Assembly (NCBI RefSeq): GCF_004010195.1
Contig: NC_057747.1
Coordinates: 17,496,036 to 17,560,035, forward strand
DNA length: 64,000 bases
Direction of reading: 5' to 3'
Source of the DNA: Chiloscyllium plagiosum
Lineage: Eukaryota
Position numbers and translations under genes: made by a program
Notes under the pieces: generated by a model
Told to the model about the DNA's origin: nothing
Databases searched by the model: none
The model's input: the letters and a program-made list of their open reading frames with translations, nothing else
Shown here: positions 25,201 through 38,900 of the stretch, piece by piece
How the letters are laid out: each line of letters opens with the position of its first letter
Position numbering within the stretch: the stretch's first letter is position 1

Positions 25201-28200
25201 AGTCTTTGGAGTCCTAGCCCCAGTTTCCCTTCAGGTAAACTTGCAGGTTGAGTCTGTGGTTAGGAGGGTAGATATAATGTTGACATTTATTTCAAAAGGA
25301 TTAGAATATAAAATCAGGGATGTACTTCTGAGGCTTTATAGTTTCTGGTCAGACCACATTTGGAGTATTGTGCACAGATTTGAGTCCCATATCTCAGGAA
25401 GGATGGACTGACCCTGGAGCAGGTCCAGAGGACGTTCACGAGAATGGTTTCAAGATTGAAAGGCTTAACATATGAGGAACGTTTGAGGACTCCAAGTCTA
25501 TTCTCGATGGGGTTTAGAAGGATGAGAGGGGATCTAATTGAAAGTTAAAAAATGCTGAAGGGCTTGGACAGAGTGGACATTAGCAGGAGAGACTAGGATC
25601 CAAGCGCACAGCCTCAGAGTAAAGGAAAGACCCTTTAGATTGGAGATGAGAAACTTCTTTAGCCATAGATTGGCAAGTCTATGGAATTCATTGCCACTGA
25701 AGGCTGTAGAGGCCAAGTCATTAAGTAGACATAAGACAGAGATAGCCATGCGGTTGGTGCAGCTACCATCCCCACGGTGATTGATGACGTCACTTCCGCC
25801 ACCCATCATGGTCACTTCCACAGCCACTTCTGCTCCTCACAATTCCTCATAGCACACATGACATCACTTCCGCCCCTCACATCATCGCTGATGTCATACG
25901 CTCAGTGGTTTCCGCCCCCTCCCCCCACTGCCGCATGTGCCACCACTTCCGCCCCCACCAACGCCACTCACCTGCATTCTGCTGACATGCCCCTCGCAGA
26001 TCCCACTGTCACCATCCCCGACCCCCAGAACCCTGAGGGGAACACGACCCCTGCTCATGACTCCACCCCCATTCCACCCACCACCACACCACTCCAGTTA
26101 CAGGCTCCGCCCCCACACTGGGTCCCAGCTCCCAGTCCTGCCGAGTTTTCACTATTCCCCCAGACCTCCACCTCACTGAGGACGAACGATCAGTCCTCAG
26201 CAAAGGACTCACCTTCATCCCCCTCTGCCCACGCATCAATGAATTTAATATACACTGTGACGTCCGGATGCTGCCTGAACTGCTGTGCTTTTCCAGCACC
26301 ACTCTAATCTAGAATACGACAGAGATAGATAGGTTCTTGGTTGTCATGGGTATTAAGGATTACGGGGAGAAACCAGAGAATGGAATTGAGAAACTTATCA
26401 GCCATGATTGAATGGTGGAGCAGACTTGAAGGGCTAAATGGCCTAATTTGTGCTCCTATGTCTTATGGTTTTATAGTCTTTTCTCCATATTCCTGCCACG
26501 AGCTATTGCACTTGAAATTTTAGTTACAAGAAGGGAAATGCTTCATGTGTAATTCAGATGATGTTGCTAACCAGAACTTTCTCCCTTGACCATAAAACTT
26601 GAAATCCAATATTAAATCAGCAGTTGTTAAATCAGGATTGCTGCTGTATGCAATGGGCATTAGGAATTTGATGCTTTTTGACCGTGATTGTACAGGCTTT
26701 ATTCATTTTCTTGCAATTTCATGAAGTTGCAGCCCTTGTTGAAGTTCTTTCCATTTGCATGCTGCTATCCCATTAATGGTAAAGGATCCCTGAGCATTGG
26801 TGAGATTACACCTTGAATGCTGTGGGCAGATTTGGTCTCCTTACCTGAGGAAGGATGCTCTTGCTATGCAGGAATTGCAACGAAGGTTTTTAACCAAACT
26901 GATTCATAGAGTTATAGAGTCATACAGCACAGAAACAGATCTATCGATCCAACCAGTCCATGCCAACCATGATCCCAAACTAAACTAATCACACCAGCCT
27001 GTGCTTGGCCCATATACCCCCAAAAATTATTAATTCATGTATTTATCCAAATGTATTTTAAATATTATAACTGTTCCCACATCCATCACTTCCTCTGGAA
27101 GTTCATTCCATACATGCACCACTCTGTGTAAAAAAATTGCCTCTTATGTCTTTTAAAATCTTTCTCCTCTTGCCTTAAAAATATACCCCAATAATCTTGA
27201 AAACCTCCCCCCTAGGGAAAAGATATCTGCCATTCACCATCTGTATACCACTCTTGATTTTATAAATCTCTGTACGGTCACCCTACACTCCTACACTCCA
27301 GTGAAAAAGGTTCTAGCCTCACCAGCCTCTCCCTATTACTCAAACGCTCCATTCCCAGTAACATCCTGGTAAATCTCTTCTGAACCATCTCCAACTAAAT
27401 AATATCCTTGCTATAACAGGGTGACTAGAACTGGACACAGTACTCTAGAACAGGCCTCACCTGTACAACCTCAACATGATGTCCCAACTCCTATACTCAA
27501 AAATGTAAGCGATGAAGGCAAGAGTGTTAAACACTTTCTTAACCACCCTTTCTATATGTGATGCAAACTTCAAAGAATTATGTACTGGAACCCCTGGGTC
27601 TCTCTTTTCTACAACACTACCCAAAGCCCTACTTTTAATTGTATAAGTCCTGCCCTTGTTTGTTTTACCAAAATGTAACACTTCTCATTTATCCAAATTA
27701 CACTCCATCCGTCACTATTCAGTCCACTGACCCAATTGATCAAGAACTCTTTGTAAACTTAGATAACCATCTTCAATTTTGGTGTCATCTGCAAACGTAC
27801 TAACCATTCCTTTTATATTTTCATCTGAATGATTTATACAAATGACAAAGAAAAGTGGATCCAGCACCGATTCCTGTGGATTCTATGGTCACAAGCCATG
27901 GATGGTAGGACTAACATCTAAGGAGAAATTGAGTCAGTTGGAATTTCACTAAAATTTAGGAGAATGAGGGGGGGTTATCTGACAGAAACCTAGAAAACTC
28001 TAACACGACTGGATAGGCTAAATACAGGAAGGATGCTCTCAACGATAGGGGAGTACAGAACGAGGGTTTGAGGATAAGGATAGTTTAACCTCTGGACTGA
28101 GATGAGGAGAAACGTTTTCATCTGAACCTGTGAAATTTACTACCATGGAAAGTAGTTGAGACCAAAACATTGTGTTTTCAAGAAGGAGGTAGAAGTAATT

Positions 28201-31200
28201 CTTGAGGCTAAAAGGATCAACGGATGTTGGAGGGGAGGGAGGGATTAGGGTGATCAGCCATGATCTTATTGAACGGTGGAGTAGGTTTGAGGAGTAAAAT
28301 GGCCTACTCCTGTTCCTATCTTCTATGTTTCTATATTTTAATGAAGCAGTAGTGTTGTCTGTACGGATATCTAAAGAAAAAATGGCAAACTGAGCGGTTA
28401 TCAGAAGATGTATTAACAATTATTTTCATGATACATTTGGTTTGACCTCACAATTTAACCGAAGAAAAACTGACAGATTTCCATTTTTCATGCAGTTTGT
28501 TGTTGGAAAAGATGGAATCTGTGGACTGGTTTATGAACACTCACCTGCAGAAGGCATCGCAGTTATACAATGTGTTGAACACCTACTCTGTTACATGTAC
28601 GTCATTGTTTTCTTGTTAATATTCTCACTTCAATGACTGTTATGTTGCAGAAATCTATTTGGGAAAACCTTTATTTATCAGTAATTTAATCAGAGGGTTA
28701 AGTGAATAATAAGGGTAGTGGAATTCTCAGATAGAATTAAAATGTTACAAAAGTTTTTTAACCCAGTTTATTGTAACAGTGAAAAAATGCAATGTAAAAG
28801 GTGTACCCAGCGATTCTCGATTATGATCCTTTTTAAGCAAGAGGCGTGTCATTACAGAGAAAATTCCCTTAGCACTCTTGACTGACTAGACTCACAAGAA
28901 TGGGAGGCCCATACAAAGAACAGCTAAAAAGACAGTTTTTCTCAATTTCACAAAACAAAACTAACAGCAAGTAAGCCTCTACCCTAAAAATAACAATGCG
29001 ATATTAGCTTTCGAATGCCTAACACCTTCATATGAAGTTAGTTTGTCTGTTGTCTTAATGCAGAAGTGAATTATTAAATGGGCTGGCATGTTGGAAAATC
29101 GTGGAAAAGCCACTATTGAGCTTTACGTACAGCATATATTCACAACAGGTGGAAAATGAATATATTATTTAGAAAAAGCCCAGTGTACAAGTCACACCAC
29201 TATTTGGAACTCTGCACTTGCTGGGAACACATTTGTACATGGCTCTGCTATAAATAGTACATGAACTGGTCGAATTGTTGAGGTTGTTCTGAGCTGTCGT
29301 GAAGCATGAAAATAATTGAAGAATTATTCTGAGTATTCCGCTATCCTTATTGTTCACCTGCTCCCCTGACAAATTGACTAATGTTAAAAGATTGAAGAGC
29401 TCAAGTTCTTTTTTTTGCAAAAAGAAAGTGTGGTCAGACTTCACTTGGCAGTGCATTCAATACAAATTCATTGGCATGTCTACACAAAGCCATTTCTAGT
29501 TCTATAATTCTGACCCAAGTGTTGAGTAATGTACACATATTGGTGTATCCGTTTTTTTAACAGTAAAGAGACTTCAAAAAAGTTAGTACGAGCTGATTCT
29601 GTCTGTGAGCTGCCTGCTCCAAGAAGACTGAGGTGGAAATGTGACTCTGAAATACAAAGATATTTAACTTCAGCAGCTGATAAGCTTCAGAGGTACAGCC
29701 AAATGATAAGTAATATGTTATGAGAGTTTATTTGTGTAAAAGTTATGAAAATAATTACAGTGAATCATCTATAAATGGATTTCAGCTTTCACTGCAGTTC
29801 TGGCTACAGTATTGTATTTGTTACACCTTGGAATAATACACAAAGATGACATATAGTAATCTGAAGAAATGAGTTTAAATCATAACATACAAAATGGGGA
29901 ATTTAAGTTTGATTAATTAAATAAAAATATAGAATAAAAAACTAATATCAGATTTGGTGACCACAAAACTATTGGATTATTGTAAAACTCCTTCTGTTTC
30001 ACTAGTATTCTTGGCTAAACCTGAGGTGTAAATAGTGCAAATTATGATATTACATGTATCTTATAATTTTGGTAATATGTTTTTTCCAGGTTGATAGACA
30101 ACATTGATCTAAATGTGTACTGGTTTAAGACTTTTGGCAAAGACTTCATTAAAAAACAAAAGATGAGTCCTGATGCTTTTATCCAGGTTGGATTGCAGCT
30201 GTCTTATTACAGGTAAGTCTCTGAAGTTGCCTTGAAGTTCAGCAATTTACAATGATCTCCAATCTAGCTTTGAAGCATGTGGGATCGTATAGAAATGGCA
30301 TAATTGAGCTTCTTCTTTTTGCAGACTAGTCAAAACTTGATCTCCTGTCATAGTTCTTTCTAGTTGAATCATTTGACTTATCAAATTAAGGAATTCAAAA
30401 TATTTTCCCCCTCTCTTAAAGCAAAACTAAAAACCATCCTCCATTATAAATTTATAGCATCAAAAGCTTTACTTTACCCTGAATGGTTTCCTTCCTTGAG
30501 ATGAAACTTCAAATCCCTGCCAACTTAACAACTGAAGTGATGTATATATCATTCAGCTGTCTCCATTGCTGCTTAACCTGGTAACAACCATTACTAGGTT
30601 GCGGAATCCATTCTAACCAGGTTAGGAAATAATTCTGTAGGGAGCACTCTTCCAATTTGCTTGAGGTTTCTTACTTTCATGGTCTTGTGTTTTATGTCAA
30701 GCATTCAAGTTAAGCAACTTATTTGCATGTGCATGGCGCAATGTCACAGCATTTTAATCACCTTTTTCATCATCCTTCTTGATTTCTTAAAATCAAATTA
30801 AAGAAAGGTCTGGTTTATATTGCATTTATGGCACAGATTCTGGCCCCGCTGAATCCATGCTTCCACAACATTCTTTCTAACTTTCTTCATCTAAGTCCAA
30901 TAACATATTTTTCAATTCCTTTCTCCCTAATTTAATATAACTTCCCTTTAAGCACATCTACACTCTTCACCTCAATTACGCCTTGTTTCAGATTCTAATT
31001 AAAATTCAGATTCAGGTTACAGTTCCTCCTGCATTCCAATTTGGATTTATTAATGACTACGGGAACAAATTACTGCGGACATCAGATTCTGTACTTAAAA
31101 CTAAAAATGCTTGAAGTCCCAGTGGAGCAGGAAGCATCCATGGAGAGTCAGCAAGCTTATGTTCCCAGTCTAGATGATTCTTCATCAGACTGTCTTGAGT

Positions 31201-34200
31201 TTATGACCTCTAATTTTGGTCTCCCCTGAAAGTGAAAACATCCCCTTTACAAGTCAAATGTCCTTCTTATACTGCAGTGGGATGGTCTCTAACATTTTCA
31301 GGTTGACAGGACAGCCTCAGTGATTGAGCAATAATAAGTTGTATTTTTTTCCCATTGCATGAGTGTTATGTCCTACTTTTGCCTCAGCTGACTCCAAAGG
31401 TACTCAAAGAGCATAGTTTAAGCAGTATCAAATTCTGTTTCCTAAACTTCCAATAAGTCTACAAAGCCTTCAGTTTAGCCTACAGAGTTCCAATTTTAAT
31501 GCAAGCCCAAATGTTTGGAGAGTGTACCGTGTCCTGCATTGAGGGTGAGATTTCCCTAGCAAAAATAAAAAATAAAAATCTATTCATAAGACCGTAGCAA
31601 GATCTCCTCCAGGGCCAAGTCATATTGCTGCAAAATCATGTTCCTTCGATATGTTTATAAGAAAGTTTTCATAATACATCAAATATCACAATTCCTGTTT
31701 CAGTTTACATCTATTTGAATTTAAATCTTAAATTATTTAATTTAAATCCCTCCTGCCATTCCTACTCTAAAGCACTCAATTGATCTTGATCTCTTGCAAT
31801 GTTATCAATCTTGCATGATTGACATCCAGCCAAAACGTTTGCCTTTTCATCTGATATTGCAAGCATCCTTTTTAGGATAATTTCTGATTTATGTGAAAAG
31901 CAGGAGACTAGCAAAAAATGCCTCAAAGAACTTATCTAGTTATCCCCCTCCAGCAGATACTTTTAAATTTATCATCATCTGCCACTTTTTAATACTAATA
32001 CTGTTTGCAATCCAATTAACTAATATCCCAGTAATGTCATGATGTTTCCAAATGAAATTAAAGCTTCTGCACCACCAAATGTTCTGTCATGCAATAAAAT
32101 GATTTCTGAAAGCATAAGTGGATCATACCCTCTGGATTGCTGTTACCAGTTGACGTTGGTTACCTCTCCGAATTTAGAAATCTAAGTCTTTGTTCTACCT
32201 TGGAGCATCAACAAGATTGGCAGAATGCCACTTAGATCTCAAAAAAACATGTAACCTGAGGCAACATCATAAGACACAGGACAGGAGTAGGCCATTTGGC
32301 CCATTGAATCCAGTCCACCATTGAATGAGATCATGGTTGATCTGATAATCTTAAACTTTACTTTCCTATCTTTTCCCTATAACCTTTAATTCCCTTACTG
32401 ACCAAAAATCTGTTTCTCTTAACCTTCAATATACTTCATAATCCAGCCTCTATACTCAACTGGAGTAAAGACTTCCACAGATTCACTGCCCTCTGAGAGC
32501 AAAAAATCTCCAACATCTCTGTCCCAACTTCATTCATTCACTGTCAGCGTGGTAGGCAACCATATATGAAACTGCATTACAGGAGGAACATAATCATCAA
32601 TGTTGATGTTAAAGATTAGCCAAGATTACCTTGAAAGATTGAGTAGGGTCAGTGGGCTGTATGGTCTATGTCTATTTCTTGTATTCTAATGCCTGGACTC
32701 TGAGACCAGTCATCCATATTTGCATGAAGAAAGGGAAAGACGGTTCTAGCATCAAAGATTATTGCCCTCATCAATATTCTTTTAGAATCCTGAGCAAGAA
32801 GTTGTAGCTTATGATTCTAGAAAGACCAGAATGTTTCATTTTTTTAAAACACAGTTTTATGTTGCTGGCTGGCCAGACTTTAATGTCCGTCCTTAGTTGC
32901 CCTTGAGTGGTGAGCATACACCAAACACAACTTATACAGGAAATAGATATAGAATGATTTAAGCTAGATTATTAAAATTGCTAAATCTCAATTTTAAAAA
33001 AATTATGCTCTGAACGGAATAATTCACATCTAGTTCAATTCACTGCATTTGTCAGACCCCTTACTATCGCTTCCTCAATGTTGAACACAAATCATTTGTA
33101 TCTCTCACACAATTCCTCTCTCATCTCCGTAAAGATTATTGAATACAAGCCATCTGATTCCCTGGACACATTTAATTAACTTGAGGTTCTTCATAATGCA
33201 TGCATTAGTTATGTCTAAATAGAGTGTACATTCCAAGTTAAAATTACTGCATCTATAATTTCATATATATTAAGGTTTGTTGAGAAAAAATATTATCGTA
33301 TACCTGATATTTACTGATCCTCCATGTTATTCCAATCATATTTAATCTTTAATTGATATTTCTGTTCGTCAACCTTATATAAAATGTCTTATTATTCTTT
33401 CTTTCTGCTATCCAGGACCTGGTTTTCTATTATCTCCTTTCTTTTCTGGTGTTAGTTTTATATTTATCCTTTGCTGTGTTTTTCACATTACTGATAAAGT
33501 ATTTGTTTCCTTACTTTTCAAATTGTTCTGCTCATCTTTCACATTTACTTTTGTTCTGCTTGAATCTCCCTCATTCTTGAGGACTTCTCACATTATTAAA
33601 AATTGCTGTTGTTGCTTCTAATCCAGATGCCATGGGAGGCTTGTCCCTACTTATGAAAGTGCTTCAACACGTCGCTTTCAGGAAGGAAGAGTTGACAATA
33701 TTCGATCAGCAACGAAAGAGGCATTCGATTTTGTAAAAGCAATGATAGATGGGGGACCATCTATATCGGTGAGTTTTTCTCTTGATCTTTCTCCATCCTT
33801 CAGTTTGACTTACTCTCATTTTTGAATCTGCCTTCTTTTTGTCTAATCTTGACTTCTCCCTCTATCCTCATTCATCACCACTATGTTAGGACTGCATAGG
33901 ATAGAAATGTCGTAACTTCCAAAACTGAATTTGAAAACATTATAGAAAAAAAGTGACAAAATGACAGAGGAATGGGACTATTTGAACAACTCTTCCAACG
34001 AGCCAGCATAGGTACAATAGATTGAATGGTCACCTTCAGTGTTGCATGTTTCCAAACAAAGACTTGCCACATTCATCTGACATTCCTTTTGCTTCATTTT
34101 AGCAGAGATGTTTTAAATGGATTAACATCTCTGCTAAAATAAGAGAGAACCGAACATCAGTTAAATGCTGATTGTGCTCAAATATTACTAAGACCCATCC

Positions 34201-35914
34201 CAGGTTCAGGTAGAAATCCTCCTCTTTCTTTCCACATGAAATGAATATTTCTTCTATACTTTGTACCAGCTGTAGTTTTATTCTCCTGAATTCTCTTGTG
34301 CTTTTGTGGTGGCAGCTTAGTAATTTATTGCACTTAGTCTAAGTCTATAAAAATGTGCTGGATAGTCTGAGATAGTGCATGCACAGCTCTTATTTCCTTC
34401 TGCTCTCTAGGATCTGGTTTTCTATTATGACCTTTCTTTGCTGAAGTTAGCTTTATATTTAACCTCAATTGATGGGTTTTTTCACATGTGTAACAAAGTA
34501 TTTGTTACCTAAGGAGTATAAGTGAATATATGGTGGATCTGAGTGTACGTGAGGGATACACTGAATAAACACATGCAAATGTAAAGCTGAATGATTAACG
34601 GGATGCACCCATGTGTATGTACTGATAAATGAATGTGTGCACCAACAATAATTTGTATACATGCACTTCTAACAGAAATAAATGTCCCAAGGTGTTTCAC
34701 TGGAGCAGTATAATGCAAAATTTGACAGTGAGCACGTAAGGATAATTTCAAGCAAATTACCCAAAGTTTCCATGAAGAGGTAAATTTTAAAGAACATCTT
34801 GAAAGTGGAGAAGTTTAAGAATGGAGTCCAGAATTTGGAACCTTGGCAAGGATGGCCACCGATGAGATGAGAATTAAAATTGGGGCTGCTGTCTCTGGTC
34901 TTTCAGCCAAATGCACTGAGAGGCTGGAAACTGCCAAACCCCTCAGGCTATGTGTCTGATGTTGAACGTACATAGCGAACATCAACAGTGTTGAAATTAC
35001 ATTGAAGCACTTCAAAATGGAACACAGTACATGGAGAAAAGCTTATTGCAGCTTCTATAATTTTCAATTTGAAGGATTTTGTCCTCAGGACAATAGACAA
35101 TAGGTGTAGGAGTAGGCCATTCGGCTCTTCAAGCCAGCACCACCATTCGTTATGATCGTGGCCGATCATCCACAATCAGTATCCTGTTCCTGCCTTATCC
35201 CCATAATCCTTGATTCCACTATTTTTAAGAGCTCTATCTATCTCTTTCTTGAAAGTATCCAGAGACTTGGCCTCCACTGCCTTCTGGGGCAGATGCTCGA
35301 AACAGAATGATTTAAGACTATTTCTATCCTATCCTATCCAGGCACAGAAGAGTGGCAGCTTCATGGCTCAGTATAAGTTTGGAGACATGTTAAATTTTAT
35401 TGCACTTTTCATAATTTTTGAGTCCAAATGTTTTGTTGTATACCATAAATTTTATGAATAATATACAATTTTGAATGATCAGACATACTCAGGAGGCCAC
35501 AGCAGTATGTGAACTTTAAAAAAAATTATTATTCATTCATGGCATGTGACCATCACTGGCGAAGCCAACATTTAATACTCATCCCTAATTGCCCAAACAG
35601 CAGCTGAGAACCAACCGTATTGCTGTGGGTCTGGATTGTCAGGTATGTCAGACTGGATAAGGACTGCAGTTTCCTTCCCATAAAGGACATTAGTGAACCA
35701 GATGGGGTTTTCCAACAATGACTTCATAGTCATCATTAATCTCTAAATTCCAGATTTTTATTGAATTCAAAGTCCACTATTTGCCATGGAGAGACTCGAA
35801 TCCAAGATGGGAGTTTTAAATTGAAGGCATTGCTTAACTGGAGCTAACATATGTCACTAAGCACAAGGGGTGGTAGGTGGAGGGATGTTATGTGCGAGTG
35901 CAAACATACAGGTG

Positions 35915-35966
<52 letters not shown>

Positions 35967-38900
35967 AACCAGTTGTCAGGCACACTTGTACACTATCAAC
36001 TACCTAATGTATGATGAAACTTGACTTTTAATATTAGGACTCAAAGAAGATGGAGCATCTCTGGGAAGCAATCAATGCACAGACGAATTACACCATCCTG
36101 GTAAGTGAAAATAATTTCCATTTCAAATGCTGCGCTAGCCAAGTAAAAGTTTTATTGATTCCAACATTTATAGGCTAATTAATTAATTACTTAATAAAAG
36201 GGAAGCAGTAAGTGGTGCTCTTGGTAACAGAATGCACTTACAGCTTCTGCTATTTTCATTAGCTATTCAATAAATCTTGCAGTTTCATACTGTCCTGCTC
36301 TGTAACAGGAAAGTTAAGATTGTGTAATTTACTATCTCAAGACAAGGAAAAAAGATCCATATTTTAAAATTGCATCTTCATGGCTCAGTATAAATGTACT
36401 CACTGCACTGTGATGTTTCAATCTACTCAGACTCACCAAGATCATTCTCTGTGATGCAATCTATCATAAAACAGATTTGATTTAGGGACAGACAATGTGA
36501 TTTCTTTTAATCAACTATGATTTAAGTCACTGTGACATGCACTTTTAAAACTGTATAACAGTACAACCAGGATGACTAGTTTTAATCTAATTGTAAAATA
36601 GATAACTAAATGTTTCGGTAAAATGTGCTGATCCGTTCTCCTGCAAACCACCGAAACTGAAAATTAAAAGGAGTACACTTTCACAAAATAATGTTTGCAA
36701 ACTAAAGGCTTGTCAAATCACATGGGGTGAGGAAATCAATCATTGACAAATGACTTTGATTTGATTTCATTTATTGTTATCACATGTACCAAAAATGCAG
36801 TGAAAAGTGTTTTGTGTGCTCTACAAGCAGATTGTACCAAACAACGTACATCAGGTAACAGAACAGGGTGTAGACTACAGTGTTACAACCACAGAGAAAG
36901 TGCAGAGAGAGAGATAAACATTAACATTTGAGAGATCTGTTCAAATGTCTGATAACAGTGGGGAAGAAGCTGTTCTTGAATCTGTTTGCACATGTTTTCA
37001 AATTTTTATATCTTTTGCCCGATGGAAAAGAGTATAACTGGGGTGTGAGGGGGTCTTTGATTGCTTTCTGAGGTAGATGGAGTAAATGGATGGAGGGCTG
37101 GTTTGAGTGATGGACTGAGCTGTGTTCATGTCTCTGTAGTTCCATGTGGTCTTGGGAAGTGCAGTTGCCATAGCACACTGTGAGGCATCCAGATAGGACG
37201 CTTTCTATGAGGCATCAATAAAAATTGGTAAGAGTCTTTGTGGATATGCTGAAATGACTTAGTCTCCTGGAGAAATAGAGGCATTGTTTTGCTTTTTTTG
37301 ACTGTCACTTTGACAGAACCACAATGGAAGTAAAGAGATAGTAAACAAGAGACCGATGAAGCAAATGTATCAAATAAGATCAGGAAACAGAATAATGTTA
37401 AAGTGGCTGAATTAAAGGCATTGTATCTCAATGCACACAGTAGTTGCAATTAGGTTAATGTTTTGAAGACTCAAATTGAAGTAAATGGGTGTGATTAAAT
37501 TACCATTACAGTGAAGTTGCTACAGGGTGACCAAGTTTAGGAGCTGAATATCCAAAGGTATTCATCATTTAGGAAGGATAGATAAAAAGGCAAAAGAGGT
37601 GGGGTAACTCTTAATAAACAATGAGATGAATAAATATGTGACAGATCTTAGATCAAAGAATCAAGCTGTAACCTCAGTTTGGGTGGAGCTTTGGAACAGC
37701 AAGGAGTAGCAAACATTAGTGGGAGCTGCTTATAGGTGACCAAACTGTAGTAGTAATGTTGAGCATGATATAACTCAGGAAGTTGGAGATGCATGCATTA
37801 TGAGTAATACGGTATTAGTGGGAAATTTCAAGTTACATTTCAAATGAATAAAACTAATAATCATTAATGCTGCAGAAAATAAATTCCTGAGATGTTTTCT
37901 GTAGCAATACATTGAAGAACCAAGCAGGAATTGGGATTTTTAGGTTTACTATTATGTAATGAAAAATAGTTAGTTAATAATATTGTTTCAAAACAGCCTT
38001 TAGGAAATGGTGATCATAATATTATAGACCCTCACATTAAGTTTGAATGTGATATCATTTACATTTTGAAACCAGGGAAACCAGGGAAAACTGAACAAGG
38101 GAAAGCATGAAGATGTCTGGAGAAAGTTGATTATGATGGATTAGGAAATACACAAAATGATTTGATAATAGATAAGCAATGGCTAGTATTTAAAGAAGCA
38201 ACATATGATAACAGATAGACATTACTTCCAACACATAAACACACACTAGGAAAGGTGAATGAAAATGGCCAGCAAGAGATATTAAAGCAGGAATTGCTGG
38301 AAAAACTCAGCAGTTCTGCCAGCATCTGTGCAAAGAATGCAGAGTTGACATTTCAAATCTAGTGACTCTTCTTCAGAATGGGAAAGAGTATTATTAGACT
38401 CAAACATTAAATCTGCTTTGACTTCACCAATGCTGCTAGACCTGCTGAGTTTTTTCAAGATTTTCTGTTTCTTTCATTGTACTGCTGTCCGGCTGTGCCA
38501 TTTAGTACAGACACAAAGTCAGGAAGCTTGTCATGAATGTCACCTGTCCTCAGCCAACTCAAGGACTGTGTTGTGGTGGATGCATTGTCAATTATCTTTT
38601 AAAATTCTGTAGATTCTGGAAAAGATTCCCATAGTCTGAAAAGTGGCAAATGCAACTCCATTACACAAATAGGGAGGGAGAGGGGAAAGTGGAGAAATAA
38701 AGACCTATTAGTTTGACATCAGTATTCGGGAAAATGTTAAAATCTTTTTTTAATAAATATTTTTATTGAAAAAAATTTGTTTTTTTACAAAAACCAGGAC
38801 AAAATAGTGTGACAACTTTATAATATAATAACAATAATAGGAAACAAACTACTACTCTACTCCACAAACGACTGAAACAAGAAAAAAAGCAAAAAAAAAC

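Noticed and set aside
25777-26307. 176-aa Pro/Thr-rich ORF
   Set aside because: Lies within a TSD-flanked retroelement fragment; the recognisable peptide is in another frame.
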